This document shows, piece after piece, positions 49,360 to 58,095 of a stretch of DNA of 64,000 nucleotides. Position numbers and translations under genes: made by a program. Numbering within the stretch: position 1 is the first letter of the stretch; each line of letters opens with the position of its first letter. The DNA lies in the NCBI GenBank assembly GCA_904420535.1, contig CAJFVQ010000009.1, positions 7,694 to 71,693 on the forward strand. The letters are read 5' to 3'. The DNA is from Candidatus Cryptoclostridium obscurum. Its GTDB lineage: Bacteria > Bacillota > Dehalobacteriia > UBA7702. Below the pieces are notes generated by a model. The model worked only from the letters and a program-made list of their open reading frames with translations. It searched no databases and was not told the origin of the DNA.

Positions 49360-49749
49360 GGGTAATTGCGTTTGAAAAGTCCAGTGCAACCGTTAAGGAA
49401 GCAGCAGAAGCAATCGGCTGTCAGTCTAAGCAAATTGCAAAACCATGTCCTTTTTTATAAATGAAAAGCCAGTATTGATTGTTACGGTTGGCGATGCGAA
49501 ATAGATAATAGAAAATATAAGAATACATTTCACCAGAAATCCAAAATGATACTCAGCGGGCAGGTGAAAAGTTGTATTAGATATGTTTGCCCTTTTTCCA
49601 TAAATCCTGATGTGGTTGTTTCTTTTGATGTTTTGCTCAAACGGTTTGGGCAAGTTTATCCGGCGAGTGGCAGCCAGCATAGCGCCATAACGTTATTTCT
49701 AAAAAAAATCGCGGAACACTCTGATGATGCCGGCTGGGTGAATGTTTGA
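49360..49749 (+). pseudogene. degraded YbaK/ProX/EbsC-like aminoacyl-tRNA deacylase gene (frameshifts/stops)
   Basis: One frame gives ...ATVKEAAEAIGCQSKQIAKPCPFL* (YbaK-like T..EAAEALG.....IAKTL). A shifted frame gives ...FSINPDVVVSFDVLLKRFGQVYPASGSQHSAITLFLKKIAEHSDDAGWVNV (YbaK-like C-terminus SGG....I.L.....A......A..DV). The reading frame is broken at least twice. Confidence 0.35.
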
Positions 49750-49784
49750 AAATTTGGTTTTTGAATGATTAGGAGGGAATGAAA

Positions 49785-50582
49785 ATGGAATTAAAGCAAC
49801 ATGTTGTTGGCGCATTTACGGACCGGGTATTCCAAGGAAACCCAGCGGCTGTTTGCGTTCTGTCAGAATGGCTTCCCGATAAACTCATGCAAAATATAGC
49901 GAAAGAAAATAATCTTTCAGAAACTGCATTTACTGTAAAAAAGGGGAGTGAGTATGAATTACGCTGGTTTACACCTGGTGGCGAAATCGACTTGTGCGGT
50001 CATGCCACTTTAGGTACAGCTTATGTTTTGCTGCGATTCTTTGAAACAGATTGTGACGAGCTTTCCTTTCAGACGAAAAGCGGTCGGCTTATTGTGAAAA
50101 ATGTGAACGATTTGTACGAGATGGATATGCCTGCCTATCCACTCACAGAGGTTCCGGTTACGGATGAAATGGAGCAGGCAATCGGTTTTCGTCCGTTGGA
50201 AGCATGGATGGGACGGGATTTAGTGTGTGTAATGGCAGATGAACACCAGGTTGTGCAGGCGGTTCCAGATGAAGAAAAACTGAAAAAATTAGATGGTCTT
50301 TTGCTACAGCTTACAGCCAAAAGTACTTCTTACGATTGTATTACCAGAAGTTTTGCTCCTAAGTTGAAGGTATCGGAAGATCCTGTATGTGGTTCCGGGC
50401 ATTGCCATGTGATTCCCTTGTGGGCAAAAAAGATGAAAAAAAGTCAATTAACCGCATTTCAGGCTTCCAAAAGAAGTGGTGTCCTTTACTGTCGCATGGA
50501 GAATGACAGAGTAACATTAGCTGGCAAGGCTGTTCTTTATTCAAAAGCACAAATTTATGTGCCCGAGGAAATTGAGGAATGA
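49785..50582 (+). CDS. PhzF-family (phenazine biosynthesis-like) isomerase
   Basis: VVGAFTDRVFQGNPAAVCVL...ETAFTV...RWFTPGGEIDLCGHATLGTAYVL with a second half-domain. RBS AGGAGGG. Confidence 0.75.
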   Translation: MELKQHVVGAFTDRVFQGNPAAVCVLSEWLPDKLMQNIAKENNLSETAFTVKKGSEYELRWFTPGGEIDLCGHATLGTAYVLLRFFETDCDELSFQTKSGRLIVKNVNDLYEMDMPAYPLTEVPVTDEMEQAIGFRPLEAWMGRDLVCVMADEHQVVQAVPDEEKLKKLDGLLLQLTAKSTSYDCITRSFAPKLKVSEDPVCGSGHCHVIPLWAKKMKKSQLTAFQASKRSGVLYCRMENDRVTLAGKAVLYSKAQIYVPEEIEE

Positions 50583-51204
50583 TCAGTAAAAGGCAGAATT
50601 ATTCATGGTGAGCGTTCCTTTAGCACGGGATCATCCTGCTTGCTAATGAGTCATAGTATCTGTTTTTTCATTTGATTGCTTTCAATAAGGAATTACGTTG
50701 ATTTATATAACAATACAGTCCTTTCCACATTTTCGTAAATTGAGTTGGAACACACTTGGGAAAGGTATTCTAATAAGAAGCATTTTATTTTTGATTTTTA
50801 CAGGAACATTCTTCTGCAACGGAATTTCTGACATCCGTAATCCCATTGCTTCCCTCTGTATGACCATTTGCGGGATGGAGGATTCTTTTGGGGCTCCTGT
50901 TTTCGGAGAAAAAAACTGCGTTGGAAATTTGTTCCATTATAATTGCTGCTGTAGGGATGTTAGGTAGTATCTGGATGGATATAGATTCCATTGGCGGCAT
51001 TTTGGCTGCTGCAGCGTCGAAGCAGTGCGTTCGGTTGTGACTGCCAGCTATGAAGAGACAGAATGGATCTGCTCATTTTAGCCTGCTGTTTATGCTCTGG
51101 CAGTGATTGCGTTTCACCGAAAAAAAAAAGGGGAGATTAAATAGAGGCCATTGAAAGGTTGGGAATGATTGAAAAAAGATGGTAAAAATCCAAAAAAATG
51201 ATAA

Positions 51205-51236
51205 AGAATGCCGCCGAAGTTTCGGCGGCATTTTGC
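51205..51236 (-). terminator. terminator after the response-regulator gene
   Basis: AATGCCGCCGAA-gttt-CGGCGGCATT with T-rich flanks on both strands. Confidence 0.55.
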
Positions 51237-51248
51237 TTGATCGGAAAG

Positions 51249-51953
51249 TTATGATGGGTTTAAACGGTAACCTGCGCCCCAAACGGTCTCAATGATGCGG
51301 GGCCGGGCAGGGTTCTCCTCAATTTTCTCACGGATACGGCCAATATGGACCGTTACCGTAGCGCTGTCTCCGGTGTAATCATATCCCCAGATTTTTTCAA
51401 ACAGTTCCTCTTTGGAAAAAACAACATTGGGATGAGAAGCCAAAAAAAGCAATAGCTCAAATTCTCGATTGGGGAAGCGTATTTCTTTATGATTGCGAAA
51501 GACTTTCCAGCTTCGTGGCAGGATCTTTAAGTCGCTGACGTAAATGGTATCGTCATCGTCTTTGGGTTGGGGTTTTTGTTTGTTGGTCAATCTCTGATAA
51601 CGTTTGAGATGTGATTTAACTCTGGCAACTAATTCCGCAGGGTCAAAAGGTTTGGCGATATAGTCGTCAGCACCTAAACCCAGTCCTTTGATTTTATCGG
51701 CAGATTCCGTTCTCGCTGTCACCATTAAAATCGGGACGTCGATTTTTCCTCGGATTTCGCGGCAAATATCATAACCGCTGTAATTGGGGAGCATCAGATC
51801 CAGGAGGATCAGATCGTATTCGCCTCGCAGGATCGTGGAAACCACAATTGCTCCGTCAGAGACGATGTCGGCAGTATAGCCGCTGGCTTCCAGATAATCT
51901 TTTTCCAAGACTGCGATATCCTGATCATCTTCAACAATCAGTATTCGTTTCAT
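51249..51953 (-). CDS. OmpR/PhoB-family response regulator
   Basis: Receiver domain (ILIVEDDQ...DLILLDLMLP) plus a winged-helix output domain. RBS GGGAAAGAGGGAA. Confidence 0.85.
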   Translation of the reverse strand: MKRILIVEDDQDIAVLEKDYLEASGYTADIVSDGAIVVSTILRGEYDLILLDLMLPNYSGYDICREIRGKIDVPILMVTARTESADKIKGLGLGADDYIAKPFDPAELVARVKSHLKRYQRLTNKQKPQPKDDDDTIYVSDLKILPRSWKVFRNHKEIRFPNREFELLLFLASHPNVVFSKEELFEKIWGYDYTGDSATVTVHIGRIREKIEENPARPRIIETVWGAGYRLNPS

Positions 51954-53373
51954 ATAAATTCCCTCTTTCCCTCGGTAATAAAATTGTTATGGCCAAACCG
52001 TTTCGGTTGTCAGCGGAAACAGTTCCTCCATGGGCTTCTACAATATATTTTACAATATAAAGTCCCAAGCCGCTTCCTTCTCCATTTTTTGCGCTGCGGG
52101 CTTCGTCGCCCCTCCAAAATTGTTGAAATAAATAAGGTAAATGTTCTTGGGGAACACCATCACCATTGTCCTGAAAGACAATCTGTTCCATATCGCCTTG
52201 ATGACTTAATGTAATCAAGATTTCTGTCTGAGGGCGATTGCTATATTTTAAAGCATTTTCTACAAGATTTGTAAAAACGCGTCCCATTTGCTCTGTATCA
52301 ATGGATGCCTCATAGGTGCCTTCGTCGCATTGCAGTGATATGGTAGCACCTTTCTGCTCAAGGTCCTTTTGCATATCTTCGATTAAGGATTGAATAAAGT
52401 TGCTAAGTTCCTCTTTCTTTAAATATAGAGGCAGACTTCCTGTTTCCAGTTTGGAAAAATAAAAGAGCTTTTGCAGCAATACATCCATATAGCAAGCCTT
52501 TTGGTAGGCAATGGATAAGTATTGTTCTTCTTTTTCCGGAGTATTGGCAACGCCGTCACGGAGTCCTTTGATATACCCTTTAACAGAGGTAAGTGGCGTT
52601 CGCAAGTCATGGGAAATTCCTGCCACCAGATCGGTGCGAGCTTTTTCGTAAGCATTATTTCTTTCCCGCTCTTCGAGGATATGGCGCTGCATTCTATTGA
52701 AAGCAGTACATACTGCTGTAAACTCGTCTTTCCCGTTGTAGATAATTTCCTGACTGAGGTCTCCTTGTTCGATACGGTGAGCGCCGTCAGCCAGGGCATG
52801 CAACGGCTCGGTCATTTGTCGCGCCATACGGCGGAAAAATAATTGGCTGCAAAGGAAAATGACCAAGATTGCCATGGTTCCAATGAGCAGAAATACGATG
52901 AGAATGGATTGGAAATGAAATAACCGTTCCTTTTTGGGAAAATTGTTGATGGCAATCACTGTTTCTCCATCTTGAGTCACCATGCCAATGACACGATTTC
53001 CTTCGATGTTCATTGCTTGCGGTTCTGCCGTCCACTCTTCTGATAACATACGAGAAATGAGCTCAGTTTGCTCTTCTTCTAAAGAGGAATACACTGTATT
53101 CTCTCCGTCGGTTATCAGTAAATGATAGCCGTAAGGAGCGATTTGGTGATCGATTTCTTCCCAATTAATGTCGGTATTAATGTCGGTTTCTCCGGTGATG
53201 CGGTCAAAAATTTCTTTGGTGGTAAATATATTGGCATCGGGATGTGGGCGCTCCATGAAGGGGTCGTTCCGAGCAAAAAAATGAATGACAATGCCTCCTA
53301 CTGCCAATAAAATGATTAAGGAAACGAGGACGATCAAGGCATTGAAAAGCATCATTCGTTTTCTCAGTTTCAT
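51931..53373 (-). CDS. sensor histidine kinase (two TM segments, HAMP, HisKA, HATPase_c)
   Basis: H-box SHDLRTPLTSVKGY, N-box NLVENALKYS, G-boxes DNGDGV and GSGLGLYIV. It lies upstream of and overlaps the RR gene by 23 nt. Confidence 0.8.
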   Translation of the reverse strand: MKLRKRMMLFNALIVLVSLIILLAVGGIVIHFFARNDPFMERPHPDANIFTTKEIFDRITGETDINTDINWEEIDHQIAPYGYHLLITDGENTVYSSLEEEQTELISRMLSEEWTAEPQAMNIEGNRVIGMVTQDGETVIAINNFPKKERLFHFQSILIVFLLIGTMAILVIFLCSQLFFRRMARQMTEPLHALADGAHRIEQGDLSQEIIYNGKDEFTAVCTAFNRMQRHILEERERNNAYEKARTDLVAGISHDLRTPLTSVKGYIKGLRDGVANTPEKEEQYLSIAYQKACYMDVLLQKLFYFSKLETGSLPLYLKKEELSNFIQSLIEDMQKDLEQKGATISLQCDEGTYEASIDTEQMGRVFTNLVENALKYSNRPQTEILITLSHQGDMEQIVFQDNGDGVPQEHLPYLFQQFWRGDEARSAKNGEGSGLGLYIVKYIVEAHGGTVSADNRNGLAITILLPRERGNLYETNTDC

Positions 53374-53653
53374 TGTCGTCCTCCTACGAGATTCAATTCA
53401 TCGTAACGTCGTGGGTGAAGGTTAATATCGATATGTACTAATATACCTTTTGTATATTATACCAATCAATTGTTTCCAATGTAAGACCGAAATCTAAATT
53501 TTTTCTAAATGATTTTGACAATAAAAAACCGTTTGCATCTATCAAAAGTAACGGCACAAACGGTTTTCTGGAAAATTAATTTATGAGAATCATTTTATAT
53601 GTAGGGTGCGGCGATGCCTGATTGCAGAAAAAGCTCAAGATGCTGTGGAGGAG

Positions 53654-54139
53654 TCAGTCCTCCATTCCAATGCTTTTCAACCATGAATCAATGGTGGAAG
53701 AGATGTTCTTTCCGCCACTGCCGCTGATAGCGATCCCTTTTACCATATTGCTGTCAGGACAAAGCTTTTTCATATCTCGTTTCAAATGGGCAAATCTGCC
53801 GCCGCCGTGAGTACAGAAAGGAACGATATTTTTGCCGTTCAGATTCGCTTCTGTCAGAAAGGAGGCGATCGGTGGCGCAATGGTGCTCCACCAATTGGGC
53901 GAACCGACAAAAACGGTATCGTAATCGGTAAGATCGGGAAGTTTTGTGGCCAATGCCGGATGATATCCTTGATTGATTTCCTTTTTTGCCTGTTCTACTA
54001 CGGTATGATAGTCTGTGGGATAGGCTACTTGGGGTTCAATTTTCAACAGATCACCCCGGGTTTTTTCCTGAATGCAATGGGCGATCTGTTCAGTATTGCC
54101 AGAGTGGGAATAATAAACGATCAAAGCGCGATGTTTCAT
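53654..54139 (-). CDS. flavodoxin-family protein (Flavodoxin_4-like)
   Basis: ALIVYYSHSGNTEQIA...TVFVGSPNWW FMN-binding loops. Confidence 0.7.
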   Translation of the reverse strand: MKHRALIVYYSHSGNTEQIAHCIQEKTRGDLLKIEPQVAYPTDYHTVVEQAKKEINQGYHPALATKLPDLTDYDTVFVGSPNWWSTIAPPIASFLTEANLNGKNIVPFCTHGGGRFAHLKRDMKKLCPDSNMVKGIAISGSGGKNISSTIDSWLKSIGMED

Positions 54140-54181
54140 ACGGTATCATATCCTTTCGTTCCATTTTTATTATAAAATCTC

Positions 54182-54724
54182 TTATGAAATGGTTTTCCCC
54201 ATTTTGTAAGCTTCTTTCATAGCTGGTGTTTTCTCAATATCGCCTTTCTGCCATGCTCCTACTCCGTAAATGATCCCTTTTTCCACGGCACCGTCAAGGC
54301 AGTCTTCGATGAAACCGCGGAATCCTTCAAGGGTTCGCTCCATATTGGCCTTTTCCGTATCCGCCGCCGTGACGATAAAATAGAAATCTTTATTGGTGAT
54401 TTCCGTATAGCGGGGAACGGTTCTGTCAATCAGCGTTTTCATTTGAGCGTCCATGGTGTAGAAATAAACCGGTGTCGCCATGACAATTACATCAGCCTGA
54501 ACCATTTGGTCGAGGATCTCTGCCATATCGTCTTTTTGCACGCATTTGTGGGTGGAATTGCAAACGCCGCATCCTTTACAATAATGGATCTCTTTTTCTC
54601 TAAGGTTCACTCTTTTTACATAATTGCCGGCTTCTTCTGCTCCTTTTTGAAATTCGTTGCAGAGGATTTCAGAGTTGCCGTTTTTTCGGGGTGTTCCAGA
54701 AAGTATTAATACATTTTTACTCAT
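54182..54724 (-). CDS. iron-sulfur flavoprotein (Isf / NADPH-dependent FMN reductase-like) with compact 4Cys motif
   Basis: VLILSGTPRKNGNSE FMN loop, then CKGCGVCNSTHKC (C-x2-C-x2-C-x5-C), typical of Isf-type proteins. RBS AAGGAG. Confidence 0.65.
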   Translation of the reverse strand: MSKNVLILSGTPRKNGNSEILCNEFQKGAEEAGNYVKRVNLREKEIHYCKGCGVCNSTHKCVQKDDMAEILDQMVQADVIVMATPVYFYTMDAQMKTLIDRTVPRYTEITNKDFYFIVTAADTEKANMERTLEGFRGFIEDCLDGAVEKGIIYGVGAWQKGDIEKTPAMKEAYKMGKTIS

Positions 54725-54737
54725 TGAGTGTCACTCC

Positions 54738-55160
54738 TTATTTTAATGAATCGTAAGCCTCATCGCTCACAGGTTCCAACCATTCGTTAGAAGCCCCTTC
54801 CGCCGGAACTTCAACGGCCAAATGTTGGAACCAGCTGTCCTTGGCGGCGCCATGCCAATGTTTGACTTCAGGCGGAATATTTACGATATCTCCGGTCCGA
54901 AGTTCTCTGGCGGGCTGTCCCCATTCTTGATAATATCCTCTGCCACCGGTTACCAAAAGGATCTGTCCGCCTTTGTGGTGGATATGCCAGTTGTTGCGGC
55001 AACCGGGAGCAAAAGTGACGTTGCCAATAGGAACTCTTTCCGTGGTTAACATATTTAAGTAACACTCTCCCGAAAAATATTGGGCAAAAGCAGTATTCTC
55101 TTGGCCGATGGAAAATATTGCTCCCGGCCCGAGATCTTTTTTCATCTGTTCTTGATTCAT
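54738..55160 (-). CDS. cupin-domain protein
   Basis: Cupin motifs NNWHIHHKGGQILLVTGG and PPEVKHWHGA. RBS GGAGGAA. Confidence 0.65.
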   Translation of the reverse strand: MNQEQMKKDLGPGAIFSIGQENTAFAQYFSGECYLNMLTTERVPIGNVTFAPGCRNNWHIHHKGGQILLVTGGRGYYQEWGQPARELRTGDIVNIPPEVKHWHGAAKDSWFQHLAVEVPAEGASNEWLEPVSDEAYDSLK

Positions 55161-55202
55161 TATTATTTCCTCCGTATCTTTGATCTTTATTGATATGTTA
55201 AC

Positions 55203-55222
55203 ACTTAAAGCGAACTTTAAGT
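55203..55222. promoter_or_regulatory. perfect 8-4-8 inverted repeat in the divergent promoter region (candidate operator)
   Basis: ACTTAAAG-CGAA-CTTTAAGT. It lies 40 bp upstream of the cupin-Isf-flavodoxin operon start and 160 bp upstream of the SdhB-like gene. Confidence 0.35.
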
Positions 55223-55384
55223 CAATAGGGGGATATGGATATATTATGAAAATTTAATGACGTTCATATGAATTTCCAATTATGCTTCAGATATTGATGT
55301 GGGAGAGACATCAATCGTAGTTGATGTTTTCTCGCCAATTCTGTATAATAATGAAAAGGAATGTTAATGTATAGGAGACGGTCT

Positions 55385-56089
55385 ATGGAGGAAGTGAACA
55401 AAACCGTATGGGTTCATTTTTTTGGAAAAAAATATCAAGTTCCCGCCAATTTTACCATTATGGGAGCCATGGAATGGGTGGGGTACCAATTAAGACACGG
55501 CTGTGGCTGTCGCGGTGGTAAGTGTGGCGCCTGTGCTTGCCTTTATCGCATCGACGGAAAAAAAGGACTTCACGGTTGTCTAGCCTGTCAGACCATGGTA
55601 CAAGAGGGAATGTTTGTGGTAATGCTGCCCTTTTTTCCGTTGTCTAGCCGTTCGGTGGATATTCGCAGAGGTGGCTCGATTCAGGAAATTATCTCTCAGC
55701 TTTATCCCGAAGTCTATCACTGCGTGGGTTGCAATGCCTGTTCCCGGGCTTGTACCCAGGAATTGAATCCTATGCACATGGTTGCCATGGTAAAGCAGGG
55801 ACGCTATTTAAAATGTGCCGAGGAGAGCTTAGAATGCGTCATGTGTGGAGTATGTGCTTCCCGTTGTCCTGCGGAAATCTCTCATCCCCAAGTTTTCCAG
55901 CTGGTAAAAAGACTAGCGGCAATGCGTCTCGTGCCTCCTTCCGACCATTTGGAGCAGGCTCGACGTGACGTGGAGTCCGGCAAATGGAACGAAGCCATGG
56001 ATGAGATCATGGCCAAATCTACCGAGGAATTGAAAGAATTGTATTGCCAACGGAATATGGCACGAAGGACGTCAGAAAGGCTGCGTTAA
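55385..56089 (+). CDS. succinate dehydrogenase/fumarate reductase-type iron-sulfur subunit (2Fe-2S plus two 4Fe-4S-like Cys clusters)
   Basis: CRGGKCGACACLYRIDGKKGLHGCLAC (SdhB-type 2Fe-2S pattern), CVGCNACSRAC and CVMCGVCASRCP (Cx2Cx2Cx3CP). RBS AGGAGA. Confidence 0.7.
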   Translation: MEEVNKTVWVHFFGKKYQVPANFTIMGAMEWVGYQLRHGCGCRGGKCGACACLYRIDGKKGLHGCLACQTMVQEGMFVVMLPFFPLSSRSVDIRRGGSIQEIISQLYPEVYHCVGCNACSRACTQELNPMHMVAMVKQGRYLKCAEESLECVMCGVCASRCPAEISHPQVFQLVKRLAAMRLVPPSDHLEQARRDVESGKWNEAMDEIMAKSTEELKELYCQRNMARRTSERLR

Positions 56090-57714
56090 TGTATTATACA
56101 AAAGAAATGATGGCTTCTGTCGCTAGAGTGGAAGCCCTGCGCGAAAAAAATCTTCATAGAGAACAAAAACGGATGGATGCCGATGAGATTAATCAATTGT
56201 TACGAGATTTTCATCCCGACGGATTACGGTTTGGTATGGACACCATCACTGTCGGCCCTAATCGCGGAGAAATTGCCCCAAAAGAATTGGTGCGGTTGCT
56301 TCACGCCAAAGGACGAGTACCTAGGGAAAAAATCGATCTGTCCCATGCCGATTTTATCACTGACGTACTGATTATCGGTGGCGGCGGTGCTGGTGCTGCC
56401 GCTGCCATTGAAGCTTCCCGCCTTGGAGCAAAAGTGCTTTTGGTAACCAAGTTGCGTTTGGGGGACTCCAATACCATCATGGCCGAAGGAGGCATTCAAG
56501 CGGCGGACAAGGAGGGGGATTCTCCAATTCTTCATTATCTTGATGTCATGGGTGGCGGTCATTTCTGCAATGATCCACAGTTGGTACGGAAGCTGGTGAT
56601 GGAAGGACCGGAGGCCATCGCATGGCTGTGTGATATGGGAGTCATGTTTGATAAAGAAGCAGATGGTACTATGGCGACAACCCACGGCGGCGGCACCTCC
56701 TGCCAACGGATGCATTCCGCCGCTGACTATACCGGCGCAGAGATCATGCATTCTCTCCGAGATGAAGTGCTGTTTCATGATATTGCTATTGAGGAATTTA
56801 CCGCTGCGATAGAAATATTAAAGGACGCAAAAGGACGTGCTGCCGGAGCCATCTTGATGGACATTGAGACAGAGGTTTGTAAAGTGGCTCAAGCCAAAAC
56901 AGTGATCCTTGCCACCGGAGGCTCCGGACGTCTGCATTTCCAAGGATTTCCCACTTCCAATCATTATGGCGCCACTGCCGACGGTCTTGTCATTGCTTAC
57001 CGCGCCGGAGTCTCTTTGGTCTTTCAAGATACTATGCAATATCATCCCACCGGCGTACTTTTTCCAGAACAGCTTTATGGCGCCCTTGTAACGGAAAAGG
57101 TGCGTTCTTTGGGAGCGAATATTCTCAACGCCGAGGGGGAACCTTTTGTTAACCCCCTGGAGACCAGAGATGTGGTCACCGCCGCCATCATCCGCGAATG
57201 TAAGGAACGGGGCAAGGGCGTTTGCACCCGTTTGGGCAGTGGCGTTTGGCTGGACTTTCCCATGATTGAAAAGAAGAGAGGAGCGGGTGCCATTGAAAAG
57301 TATTTGCCCGCGATGTTTCGAATGTTTCGTAAAAATAAAGTGGATATTCGCCAAGTACCGGTATTGGTCTATCCTACGCTCCATTATCAGAACGGAGGAT
57401 TGAAAATCGATACAAATTGCGCCACCGAAGTTGAAAATCTTTACGCTGCTGGGGAAACCACCGGCGGTATTCACGGTCGTAACCGTCTCATGGGGAATTC
57501 CCTGTTAGATATGATTGTCTACGGCCGCTGCGCGGGACAAGAAGCAGCCCGAAAGAGCAAAAAAGTTGATTTTTTGCCTTTGACTTTGGATCATCTTTTC
57601 AATTATGAACGCTCTTTGGAAGATACCGGCACTCTGGAACGGGATATCGTTTCCCCTATGCTTTTGCCCGATTACCGTTTTGGCAGGAGCGGCGTATCGG
57701 AGTCGGAAAAGTGA
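56089..57714 (+). CDS. FrdA/SdhA-family FAD flavoprotein with ~75 aa N-terminal extension
   Basis: FAD dinucleotide motif DVLIIGGGGAGAAAAIEA at residue ~85 and AEGGIQAA. C-terminal catalytic-domain motifs (HYQNGGLKID, ENLYAAGETTGGIHGRNRLMGNSL). Its start overlaps the Fe-S gene stop as TAATG. Confidence 0.7.
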   Translation: MYYTKEMMASVARVEALREKNLHREQKRMDADEINQLLRDFHPDGLRFGMDTITVGPNRGEIAPKELVRLLHAKGRVPREKIDLSHADFITDVLIIGGGGAGAAAAIEASRLGAKVLLVTKLRLGDSNTIMAEGGIQAADKEGDSPILHYLDVMGGGHFCNDPQLVRKLVMEGPEAIAWLCDMGVMFDKEADGTMATTHGGGTSCQRMHSAADYTGAEIMHSLRDEVLFHDIAIEEFTAAIEILKDAKGRAAGAILMDIETEVCKVAQAKTVILATGGSGRLHFQGFPTSNHYGATADGLVIAYRAGVSLVFQDTMQYHPTGVLFPEQLYGALVTEKVRSLGANILNAEGEPFVNPLETRDVVTAAIIRECKERGKGVCTRLGSGVWLDFPMIEKKRGAGAIEKYLPAMFRMFRKNKVDIRQVPVLVYPTLHYQNGGLKIDTNCATEVENLYAAGETTGGIHGRNRLMGNSLLDMIVYGRCAGQEAARKSKKVDFLPLTLDHLFNYERSLEDTGTLERDIVSPMLLPDYRFGRSGVSESEK

Positions 57715-57751
57715 CGGGAAAAGCATGCTGCCTGCTTTCTTTGAAAAATTC

Positions 57752-57780
57752 TTGACAGAAAGAATTTACAAGATTATAAT
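57752..57780 (+). promoter_or_regulatory. perfect-consensus sigma-A promoter of the thi operon
   Basis: TTGACA, a 17 nt spacer, then TATAAT. Confidence 0.6.
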
Positions 57781-57813
57781 AGAATAAGAGTATGATGCAG
57801 TCATGCGAAGGGG

Positions 57814-57852
57814 TACACCACCGCGGGTGTAATTCTTTGCGTGGCTTTTTTT
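57814..57852 (+). promoter_or_regulatory. thi leader with two mutually exclusive hairpins, the second followed by a U-tract (possible attenuator; no THI-box found)
   Basis: Hairpin A is TACACC-accgcg-GGTGTA. Hairpin B is CCAC(C)GC...GCGTGG followed by CTTTTTTT. The two share bases. Confidence 0.3.
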
Positions 57853-57878
57853 GTACCGGCACCGGGAGGTGATTGATT

Positions 57879-58073
57879 ATGAAAATTAATGGTAAGACCG
57901 TTCCATGGTCAGCCCCGATCTCCCTGTCCCAGTGGTTGCAGGAGAACGGCTATGGTCAAGGGCGTGTCGCTGTGGAACGAAACGGAGAAATCATACCAAA
58001 GTCTCAATATGATACTGTGATCCTCAGGGAAGGAGACTGTTTGGAAATCGTGCATTTTGTGGGCGGTGGTTGA
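57879..58073 (+). CDS. thiS: thiamine biosynthesis sulfur-carrier protein ThiS
   Basis: MKINGKTV...ending in VGGG (C-terminal Gly-Gly), 65 aa. RBS GGGAGGTG. Confidence 0.8.
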   Translation: MKINGKTVPWSAPISLSQWLQENGYGQGRVAVERNGEIIPKSQYDTVILREGDCLEIVHFVGGG

Positions 58074-58095
58074 TACTTTTGGAAAGTGAGATTTT

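Noticed and set aside
56224-57474. 184 and 218 aa minus-strand ORFs inside the FrdA-like flavoprotein gene
   Set aside because: They are antisense shadows of a gene with clear FAD-binding motifs.
57781-57872. TPP (THI-box) riboswitch expected upstream of thiS
   Set aside because: I looked for GGGGUGC, CUGAGA and AACCUGAUC elements and did not find them. The leader is also too short (~86 nt). The absence is reported as a finding rather than as a feature.
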